From assembly GCA_051362555.1 (NCBI GenBank), contig CM120642.1, forward strand, positions 26,226,001 through 26,290,000: 64,000 nt of DNA, in the 5' to 3' direction. A model generated the notes under the pieces. That model saw only the letters and a list, made by a program, of their open reading frames with translations, had not been told where the DNA came from and ran no database searches. The position numbers and the translations under genes are program-made. The DNA is from Lingula anatina. Its lineage: Eukaryota > Animalia > Brachiopoda. Of this stretch, positions 13,801-24,300 are shown piece by piece (position 1 is the stretch's first letter; each line of letters starts with the position of its first letter).

Positions 13801-16463
13801 TATGTATATATGTGCATTTGACCTTCTGGTATTATACAAACAAATGAAACTGCATGGATGTAATCAAAATACAGGCAGTGATTTATGATGAGACTACTGT
13901 TGAAAAGCAATGTTTACTTAAGATACTGCAAATGTATTATTTGTTATTCATCCTGTCTAAAGGCATGGCAGATTTAAACAAATATTGTTTGAAAAATTGA
14001 TTTAAAACAACTGTTATAAAATATACTCACATTTTCATGCTGTGCATATAATCTGACAAGTTTTTAGATATAAATATAAGATATGCACAGCAAAAACCTG
14101 AAACAAACATTAACAAAAAGCATTAGTTAGACTACAAATATTCTATAAAAACATCACAGTCATGATTAATTCTTACTACTACACAACATTCTAATTTCTT
14201 TTAGGCAAAGAAAATAAGAAAAATTATCATTATTACCAATTTATTATACAGTGTACAGAAATATAATATAAGAAATATACACATTTTGCTAAAACAAATA
14301 AAATATGCTACCATGGCCCTAAATTCAGACAACTGAAATATCAGACAAGGTTTAACAATCCCATCATAATCGCTTAGTGCTAAAATCAGACATGCACTTT
14401 CATGAAACGCCTCCTTTCACAAATTTTCCATCATCAGCAGAATTTGTAGCTTAAATATGTCCGTTTCATAAAGGAACAAATGTCAAAGGATACATGAAAA
14501 ATTCAACCAAACCACCAGCTTTACAATCTGCTCCCTTGCAATAAATCTATCAAAGTTAAATACGGAGGAAGAATGTTCACTTACCAACTTGAGATATGAG
14601 AATGGCCAGATCCACAAGCCACTGGCCAAGTTTTCCCATTGCATAAAATCCTAGAAGTAGAACAGAAAAAGAAGTGCTGCAGAAAAGTTAATCTAAAACA
14701 ACTCAGTTTTATAATGCTCTATTTCTGTATTAGTAATGCCAAAAGATTGTCAACTTCCTTAAAAAAACTTCCCCTAAAAAAGGAGACCACTCACAGAGTG
14801 CATCTATTTCAGTCACCATTTCTTATATGATTAACAACTCATTTTTATCTACCTTTTCAACATGAATTCTCTCTTGCAATTGAAATCAAGCGATCGAGAA
14901 GTTCACTCCATAACAATAAAAAATTTATAGTTATAATATGATGTCAGGCAAACTTGTTGTAAATGATGCATGGGAAACTATATGTTACAGTGTGAATTAC
15001 TACGTATCTTATGTCTAATAGTATTAGGTCACACTTGAATACAGGAAAATTGATCTTTATTAGATATTGTCATGGCACTGATTTACCAAAGACTTCATTG
15101 CATACCATATATAAACATAACAAAATGTGATCTATACAGTATGTAACAGTGTGAATTATTATTCTATGTTAAATAGTATAAGGTCACACTTTAACACACG
15201 GAAAGTACGAAATTCTATAGATGAAGTACATGTAAAAATATTTCCAAAGAAAAAATGCAACTGAGACAAGAATTTGCATCTTTCAGAGTTTAACAAAGTT
15301 CAAAATACATAGCTCACATATTAAAAAGCGGATTTTTAAACCATCACCAATTGCAACTACTGTTAGTTGAAAAAATGATAAAATGTAATTCTCTATCTTT
15401 AACGTACCCACATCACCATAGTTCAACTCCTGGCCCGGTGCCTTAAAAACGAAAAATTAATCCAGTGTTGAGTAAAAACTTTATTTAAATGAGAAATACT
15501 GATAGACACAGACACTCTCACCTCCATCAAAACTACTCTAAAATTGGAAGAAGTACACAGACACAAATTCTGTTATGTTTACAGCAAAACATAACTTTTT
15601 TTCAATTGTCAAAATGTATTCTTTGTAAAACAGAAGCTGCACATACAATCAAACATAGTACATTCCATACTGACTAATATATATGTGATCCGAACATTAA
15701 ATAGCATCGTTATTTTTTTTTAATCAACTAAGCAATTGCACGGCCTCAAAATTTTTGAAGTTTTTAGACCTGAATTTTCACAAACATTAAATTCCCTCAT
15801 CATTTAATTTCCTCTAGTAATCCAAAAAGTGCATAATTAATCATTTCATAAACTTTTTCTCTGTTAAAAAAAAAAAAAGAAAACCAACCTTAGGAATGGA
15901 CACCTCTTCCTTTGCTGCAGGGACCTCAGAGGACAGCAAATCTTCTGTCTCTTCAACAGGTGCCTGAAGTGCCTCCATCTCAATGTCAACACCATTGACC
16001 ATCATGTTCTTCCTCCCTGATTTGACATCTGCTTGGGCTGGATGTTGCTTTTCTATCAGTTTATATTTGCAATCAATAACAAGCAGCATTGCTTTGACAC
16101 TGAAAGAACCAATAAATGAATGAATTAACAAACAAATAAAATTATAAGATAATAATAATAAGATAAGATAAAGCAAGAGTTTTATTCAGCAATTAATGTA
16201 CAAAATAAAAATTCACATACTAGTACAATGGAAATTGGATTGCTATTCTGGTGTAAGATATAAAGTTTAAGGTTACAATATAGTTGCTAAAACATAGTTG
16301 CTATATTTCCATTTTTGTAGTTAAAAAGATAAACAGCAGATGGATAAAAACTCTTTAAAACCCCTTCAGCTCTTATAAAAATAATAAGTCAACAGTTGAT
16401 CAATAAGATTTATTTATTAGTTTTAACTATTAAAATAACATAAATTGTTTCAGCACAAGAGGA

Positions 16464-16533
<70 letters not shown>

Positions 16534-18783
16534 TACATGTTCTCTGGAGGAACATCTCATGGAACAACTATATAAAGTGCTTTTTGTTAATGGACCTGCT
16601 TTCAGTTATACAGTCATTAACAAAAAAATTGAAATCGTAAAAAACAACATAATTCTACTGACTATATCTTCCTTGAAAAAATCAACCCATATGCAAATAA
16701 GCTGGAAGGTACATAGTAAATAGCACCAGCACTTTACTTTTTTCCTGACATAAAATAGCCAGTATATCATTCATAATTAATGGAGTTAAGAGTTTTATCC
16801 ATTTCTAATTGACTCAAATATTAGCCAAGGTAATCATCATCATTGCCATAAAACTTTTAGAACCCAATAGAGAGCAAATGCACTCAATAAAATTCTTAAA
16901 TGTGCATTGGAGACAGTCTGTAAATAAATTTGCTTTATTACAGCTGTATTTAGTTCCATTATTTCAGCTGCTTCAATTTGTTTATCTGCGAGAGTGTGGG
17001 ACGTAAAGGGAACTTCATTACCCACACTACTCCGCTTCTTCTAACATCTTATTACTGAAAGCACTGAAATCATCAACATTATGTTTAATGAAATAGAACA
17101 CAAGACAATCCTAGTTTTACCACCATCATAAATTGTGTTTCTTCATATACAAAGAAACAGAAAAGAATCGTGCATTACCTTCTCGAAAAATGCTGGTAGG
17201 AAAAAAGGCAAACATTTCTACAGAGGAAGAAAATATCTAACAGTCAGCAGCTTGGCGTAAATACTATGGGATGGTTCATTATTCACTTAGTGTTGTTATT
17301 ATGATTACACGGTTAAGTAGACTTGATTCCACATAAATGCATGTACAAATTTGCAAAGGTAATTACTGCTATGACTATGCTGGTAGATATCAGTTATCAA
17401 AACACATGCTTTAAGTCCAAACCATTACATATATTAATGCATAATTGGAACAATTCTGATAAAACTTTGAAAACTGTAACTTTTTAAAACTTTTTTTCTT
17501 ATGCAGACTGTGGCATTAGCAACTGGTCCTGTACCTGTGGCCATTAAAATTTGGTTTAGACCAGTTGATTTTTCAGAATGTGTGAATGTTCTAGTAGTGG
17601 GCCGACATGACCATTAGATTTTTTCTGTAAGTTTTCAAAGGAGCTTTTATTTTAATTTATGTTTTTTTTCTGTAATGTAACAATTATATGATGATTCTGA
17701 AATAAAAAACATTTGGCAAAATCAAGTTCTTGTTATTACTACTATTAATGCAACAGGAGAAAGTGTCTAGTCTTAATGCATGTTTTATTTAGACATGTGA
17801 ATCCTGATTTGGACCAGTAAGAGTGGTGGTCCAAATGACCAGAAAACTGAAAAGCATATGAAACAGACAGCTTATGGGTTTTATTATGCACCAATTTGAA
17901 TGTAAGAAATGTTCATTATCAATGAACTCAGAGCCAGACATGGACTAATATGCAGGGAAGCAATTCAAAATTATATATAAATCAATCATTTGTCACTGTG
18001 TAAAAATTACAGAGTTCCAATTTCTAGTAACCAAATGTTATTTACAGTCACCTGACTGGCTAGAAGTACTATTAATCCATGAGAATTTTATTTTGTTCTG
18101 CTTTAATTTTTATTAATAGATACAGTATATACCTTTTTAAAAATTGAGAGCTCACCTTACAAGTCCTACAGCTGCCATTATGACCGTTCCTTCAATTATC
18201 CCTGCCTACAAAGTAAAATATGAGCACTTTTTTTATTTTTTGTTTCTTCGCCAAGTTCTAAAAAAAATACTTAAATACTTTTTAGATAATTTCTGTCAAA
18301 ATCTGAATCATTAACTTTTTCCTTTGGAGAGTTTTATGGATAAGATAAAAGTTCTAAATTTTGATCAGTTTAAGGTTCTTTCACATTTTGTCTCACTCTC
18401 TATGTCTGAATATATAAAGTGCATGACAGACTTATGCATAGGGGAAAAAGTTAGTGAAAATAATACATACTAAAAATTAAGCCGACATATCTTTTACTAG
18501 ATTTTAGCGTGCACGAGCAAAATTCTCCAACTTTTTAGGTGATAACGCTAGCCTTTTAAAGAGTATTAAATGTAAAGCATCATAACGTCCATTAACTTAA
18601 AAAGTTAAGTTACTACATACTCTTCGTCGCTCCGATGTTGACTCTTAAATAATAAATACACTGTACCTCTTTGAATGCGAAAGGTAGACCAAGAACTCCG
18701 GCTCCAATAAATGAAATAAAGATATTTGCAAATATCTTTACTGGATTTTTTGATCCACTCCCGCCTCCAGTACTGACTCCCAT
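3422..18783 (-). CDS. Amino-acid transporter, Aa_trans/AAAP family (proton-coupled SLC36/AVT3-like), 17 exons, ~501 aa
   Basis: Exons: 18783-18667, 18205-18156, 16099-15889, 15441-15408, 14650-14585, 14097-14031, 13726-13646, 12956-12879, 10841-10772, 9996-9932, 8499-8433, 7753-7705, 7440-7372, 4712-4639, 4371-4220, 3939-3880, 3617-3422. All introns are GT-AG and phase-consistent (1506 nt). Family-type motifs: IFANIFISFIGAGVLGLPFAFKEAG, LNYGDVG, SQVGFCCAYLIFI, AIYCYEGAGMILSLE, FGGAGYLSFG, IITMNLP, LFFTYPVMMFP, IPNFANLMALVGASCCTLLAFILPG. Confidence 0.93.
4762..4830. repeat. (CT)n/(CA)n microsatellite
   Basis: ctctctctc... and cacacaca... runs. Confidence 0.9.
5541..7195. mobile_element. Foldback-type non-autonomous element: ~740-bp inverted arms around a ~190-bp spacer, in transporter intron 13
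   Basis: 5541-~6285 is the reverse complement of ~6478-7195 (e.g. ggaaccggagaagat...ccggaagtgacgtgcagtggtgttaga vs tctaacaccactgcacgtcacttccg...atcttctccggttcc), with scattered mismatches. No coding capacity and no clear TSD. Confidence 0.88.
8778..9419. mobile_element. TTAA-flanked MITE (Kolobok-like), family A copy 1
   Basis: Termini ttaaagcaataataactcttc ... gaagagttattatgactttaa. Right arm 9241-9419 is the reverse complement of 35250-35425. Confidence 0.75.
9511..9797. mobile_element. MITE with inverted arms, ending in ccctttaa
   Basis: Perfect 24-bp inverted repeat ccagctggatcgatccaactctgt (9541-9564 / 9743-9766), plus attcagata/tatctgaat outer arms. Confidence 0.7.
13012..13257 (+). 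mobile_element. Non-autonomous Helentron/HINE (DINE-1-like) element
   Basis: 5' ctccaacaaggtggttatgtttt, then a gtttgt/gtgt microsatellite tract and 'gattttgatgaaattt'; 3' cctggcggaggttatgctttctgagtgcttttctagtt (subterminal inverted repeat, hairpin and CTAG end). Confidence 0.65.
14978..15205. repeat. Degenerate direct repeat, ~160-bp spacing, 2 copies
   Basis: tatgttacagtgtgaatta...aatagtattaggtcacactt (14981) vs tatgtaacagtgtgaatta...aatagtataaggtcacactt (15140). Confidence 0.7.
16465..16530. repeat. (TA)n microsatellite
   Basis: Uninterrupted ATATAT run. Confidence 0.95.
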
Positions 18784-19128
18784 TTTTCTCAGATGTAGAG
18801 GGAACTAACAGTTCCCTACTTCGTCAACTTTTTTCTTCTGACTTTCCTTCGAGGTTTTACACGTCGCAAGAAATCCCAACGAACCGGAAGTCTTGAAAGT
18901 TGATAACTTATTCTAAGCCCTAAGCAGTATTTTGGGATTATCTTTCTATCATAATCGATAACCCATTAAATGCTCATTTTTCGTGAAATATGTGTAGAGA
19001 TTAAGACCAAATAGACATATTGCTTCAATGAAGAAAAATTTAGATCAAAACATTACATATTTACCATTGCTTTTTGCCAAAGGAATAGAAGCAACACCAA
19101 AAATAGGTCAAAACCCCGACTCGAGATA
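18784..19128. promoter_or_regulatory. Bidirectional promoter/5'UTRs shared by the transporter (-) and GRHPR (+)
   Basis: The two start codons are only 345 bp apart in divergent orientation. CpGs are locally retained, and an ETS/GABP-type CCGGAAGT lies at 18884-18891. Confidence 0.75.
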
Positions 19129-20924
19129 ATGTTAGCGATGCGAGGACAGGTGATAAAGTTGAGCCATATATTAAGAGGTCCAGCCAGAGGGACGCCAGTT
19201 TTAAACGAAGCTACTCGCACCTGTCCACTCCAACAGTCGAACTTTAGAAACATGAGCTCTGGCAGCAAGCCCAAAGTGTTTGTCACTAATTATAATATTC
19301 CGAAAAAAGGGCTTGACCTACTAAAAAGTTGTGAGGTGGTGCAGTGGCAGAGCGAAGAGACTATTCAGAGAGAGGACCTGATCAAGAACGTGAAAGGAAT
19401 TGATGCGCTGTTCTGCATTCTCACAGACAAGATTGATGGAACTTTACTTGACGCGTGTGGTATGTAGACATAATACTCCAAGTCGAAAAGGAGCATCTGA
19501 CGTGCGTGCGTTTTGATAAAACATAAAAGTTAAATGTGCTTTCTAATTATAAAAATATTCAATATTCATCAGCATGCACTGTAATAAGCTGTGGTCAAAA
19601 TTTCAAAGCTACATGGTGGTGTCCTTATAATCCCCCTTATATCCTTAGAGTCTAGCCTCTTAGCCAAGGGGTACATCTACTGTACATGTAGATCTATATT
19701 AAAGACTATAAGTACTGTAATACTGTATACTGGTAGGCCTACACTGTATTTAATATTCCAGGTCCACAGTTGAAGGCAGTGGGCACCATGTCAGTTGGCT
19801 ATGACCACATAGACATGAAGGCCTGTAAGGAGAGGGGGATCCCTGTGGGGTTCACACCAGATGTCCTCACAGATGCCACGGCTGAACTGACTGTTGCACT
19901 TCTGCTGGCAACTTCTAGACGGCTTATGGAAGGTACATGATTATCAGGGACCGACTTCTGGGTCTTCCGGAAGACGGTCAGATTTTAAAGTTTACATTGA
20001 CGGGTATCTATTTTTTTCTGTTGGAAGACCATCAAAAATAGAGGATGGATCAACAAAGATAATTTGGAAGACAGTCAGAAAATATCCGCTCCTGATTATG
20101 CAGCAATTACTGCGTGATAGAGTTAAGTTTTTGGATGTAAGAATCACTGTGGAAGTGATTTACTCATATATTTTTATAGAAACAATATGTCAGTACTCTT
20201 AACATGTTTTTTAATGTTCTAAATGCCAGTATATAATCAGAATGGAACTTTCTGAGATAATATACTATTTCAAAAAGATATACTGTTCTACACCATAAAA
20301 ATAACTCCCACCATCTTCAATATCCTAGGTGCTGGTGCAGTGAGATCAGGTGAGTGGGGCATGTGGAACCCACAGTGGATGTGTGGGCAGGGCCTTCACC
20401 ATAGTACCGTGGGGATATTTGGCCTGGGACGCATAGGCCTGGCTGTGGCCAAGAGACTCCGCCCCTTTGGAATCTCACGACTGCTTTACTCGGGCAGGAA
20501 GGAGAACCCAGCAGCTAAGGAGGTGGATGCTGAATTTGTGTCCTTTGATACTTTATTAAGTGAATCTGACTTTGTTATTGCTGGTTGTGCTTTGAACAGT
20601 GAAACCAAGGAGATTTTCAATGAGGATGCTTTTAAGAAAATGAAGCCAACTGCCATATTTGTGAATTCAAGCAGAGGTGGGGTGGTGGACCAAAAAGCCC
20701 TGTATGAAGCCCTGAAAAGCGGTCAGATTAAGGCCGCAGGATTGGACGTGACCACTCCAGAACCACTGCCCACTGATAGTCCACTGCTGGATTTAAAGAA
20801 CTGTGTTGTTCTGCCTCATATTGGGAGTGCCACAGTAGAGGCTAGGAATGCCATGGCGGAGCTGACAGCTAGAAATATATTGGCTGCACTGAATGGAGAG
20901 CAGATGCCCTGCCAGATTGAGTAG
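19129..20924 (+). CDS. GRHPR: Glyoxylate reductase/hydroxypyruvate reductase (D-2-hydroxyacid dehydrogenase), 3 exons, 365 aa
   Basis: Exons 19129-19459, 19762-19932, 20329-20924 (GT-AG, 1098 nt). Motifs: KPKVFVT, TMSVGYDHID, GFTPDVLTDATAELTVALLLATSRR, Rossmann GIFGLGRIG, catalytic NSSRG...LDVTTPEP...LPHIGSAT. Confidence 0.96.
19945..20094. mobile_element. Small CAG...CTG MITE with a 5-bp TSD (attat) in GRHPR intron 2
   Basis: attat|cagggaccga ... tccgctcctg|attat, with an internally repeated ggaagac motif. Confidence 0.5.
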
Positions 20925-21193
20925 GGAGAGACTGGAAATGATTTAACTTTTAAAAATGATTTTCATTTCAGTATAATTTATTCAGTATTGATTGATTTAT
21001 TATTATTGATGATGCTTTATTTAAAATTAAAGTTTTACATTTATAGTGTAAAAACAATTAGATATCAAAAGATGTCACAATTATACAAAAATAAAATGGT
21101 TATACATAAATTAAGCTTTATACTTAATTAAAATAAAAATACTTTTAAGTATTTTAAGTACTTTAAAGTACTTATTCACCATAATTGTAAAAG

Positions 21194-21196
<3 letters not shown>

Positions 21197-21225
<29 letters not shown>
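21197..21225. repeat. (TTA)n microsatellite in the GRHPR 3' region
   Basis: tattattattatt... run. Confidence 0.85.
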
Positions 21226-24200
21226 GTGATGATGTTAAGAATTTAAAGCATAAGTTAATATTGTTGAAGTATATATACACACACACACACATATTAAGTA
21301 ATACAGTTAATTAAATACTTAAACTTTAAAGTATATATTTTAAAAGTTATTATTATTATTATTAATTAACACAATTGATTAATGGCTATTTTATCAGAAA
21401 TCCAATCATCACTTGATATTATATGAGATTGAAATGGGTTTGGGTATTTAAGTGTAATCATGAAATGAGATCATTTGCAGTACATGAAATAAAATCTGGC
21501 TATGGCATCTGTTGACCTCAACAGTAGTAATAATAGAATTCTTTTTTAGTCAAGCCCAGCTTACATGTGTTTGACATTATTTGTATTTGTATGTCATATT
21601 ATAAGGACATGAAATTGCTTTAATTTAGGACAAAGACCTTACAACTTTTATCTTTTTAAGACTTGCCCAAAGGAGCCAAAATACGCACTAAACGTTTATA
21701 ATGAGTATAAATTCTCTAAGGTGTTGTTAAGGTTTTACACAGCAACTTGACAATTGCTATTGTTGAGACGCGAGGGTTGATAGACCACGAGTTACACAGC
21801 CACCACAATTGCGGCTAACGTGCTGCCGTGGAAATTGTAAAAATATTATTCAATTATTTGTTTGAAAATTTTGAAGAATGTTGTGCCTGTGACAGTTAAG
21901 GTTAAAAAACTAAAGCATGAAACTTCCAGATAAAATTTATTTCTTATCCAAAAAATCCGAAATATAACAATGGAAGACAAACCTGCAGGTAAGATGATTG
22001 AAGGCCGCTTCTATGGTTGTCGGTAAGGTTCTTTTTCTAACGCGCTATGATAATCTCGCCTTCTTCTTAATGAATTTGTTCCGCTGATAATGCTTATTCA
22101 ATGATGAAAAGAAAATAGACTGAGACGAAATTCCCCCGTCGTTCACCTAATATTCGTCGAACTTAGCATTTTTATTTCATATTTGAGAGTTAAAACTTTC
22201 TTGTTACAATGAATTTTCTGTTTGCGCAGCGCGAGAAAGATGGGCAAAATATTCAACTCTATCAATGTGATACTTGCTACGGAAATTGAGTTTGACGCCG
22301 TGTAATGATAAGCAAAACTGTACGTGTATATTGGTTAAGACTTGTGTTGATTCCGTCGTAATTCATCATCAGAGTAATGCGTTAGGTGTATATAATTGAA
22401 AAAGGCATGCGCTTACATGACGCTGCTTATGGCTACGTCTTTTTGGCCCAACTTAATGTGTCCTATTTATTTCTATCGACAGGTTATATTCTGGCGTAAA
22501 GTAATGACTTGGAATATTAGTAACACTAATCAAGATTAAGAAAATTACAAAGACAGGTAATAAATGAGAAAGATAAATGAAGTAAATAAATGAATGAATA
22601 GGTATATGGATGAATGAATCAATAAATTGATATTAAACAGATAAATTGATAAGCAGATATTTATAAAACTGATGCACTTGAAACTGGTTCCTCTAGAGAA
22701 AATGCTTCTGTCTGATATATAGAATGATTAACTGCAACAAAGAAATTAAATGGACAGAAGAAACTGTGCAACATTTTTCGCATTATATTTTTGCATTAGT
22801 TAAAAATGAAAACAAGCTTGATAACAAGCTTGGTAAAAATAGATTTAATATCAAAGATACCAATCATAGCTGACATTATATTTTACGTTTTGATGAAACT
22901 TGGACCCATTATACAGTATAAGGGTGAAACAAGCTACTAGTAAGACGTGAACGATCGAACGAACTTGGGATGTTTGAAGGGCATTAAAAAGAACTCCCAT
23001 AAGAATAAGAGGAATCCTGACCCATATCAGCCGATCTTATCTAACATGAAAAGTAATAAATTTCCCAGTAAGTGACATAAATGGAGCAAAACATTATCAG
23101 CAAGTCTAATACACCTAGTAAGCTATCAAATGGTCGCTAGTTTACAGTGAAGTGTTTTTCTATTATGAACTCTGAATGTAGTGGGCAATCCATGCGTATC
23201 AGTAACCACTATATCCGCATTAATGACAATAACATTTTGTGTACAACTTTTGCATGATTGATTACAATAAATAGGTGCTTGGCTCTTGAAGTTGTATAGG
23301 TAGGCTCGTTATGTAAATATTGCTTGTTGATATAATAATATTGAGTTGTTTAATGATAAATAAATAGCCAAACATATTGGATAGGGAGCGACACAGTATC
23401 GGACTGGTGCAGAGAGAGCCGAAAGTTCGTGTCCCTGTGAGCTTGAACTGGGTGGATCGTTTTGTTTTATTTTACACTACCGATAGCGTCACCCACTCTC
23501 ACAAATAGGTTGTCAAGCACTGGCCCTTTTCAAGTTGTAATATACTGTATATGCTTGAATAAAAACTCTGTAATATTGAATTGAATGAGTTTATGAAATT
23601 TCTAAAGACTCTGTGCTGCACGCGCACCTAGCCCCTCTCTAAAGGTCTCACCTCCAATTGTTGTCACAAGTTACACAGATGGTAACCTAGCATGTCAGTC
23701 TATAGGGTTTAATCGGAATGCAGAAATCTTAGCGTGCCGCCGATATCATTGACGTCGGAAATGACACTCGGAGTCTGATTCCGTTTTGATTTCGATGCAG
23801 AGAAGGACACGGATCAATGGGATGAATATGAAGAGGGCATTAATGTGAATTCAATCCGGTAGACTGTATTAAATGCTGTTTTGATACCAGTAGCAACAAC
23901 CTTTTTAGATTGAACGTTCTATTAAGCATTGCAGAGTTTAAAGTTTGGATTAGATTGAACAGGGTCTGTCTCTTTTGTGCGATCTAATGAATTAAACGTG
24001 TCTCTGATGAGAGTTTCTTTGACTCGAACTACTCGACGCATGTGATTTGTCTCTGATTCCAATATAACCACCCAGCGACGGACTGTTATTTACCTAATTT
24101 AACGCGTTCTGGAGAGGAATAATTATAATTTTATTCTCGAGTGATCAGATTTGTCTCAAATATGACCACACCAAGACTTAGTCTATCCCTCGAGACGCTG

Positions 24201-24300
24201 AGATACATGCTGTGTATGGCTGTCGATACTTTCTGATGCGAGGTGACTGTCCTTGCCATTTAATGCCCTGAAAAGAGTAGCATCGGGGTATTTTTTCAAA

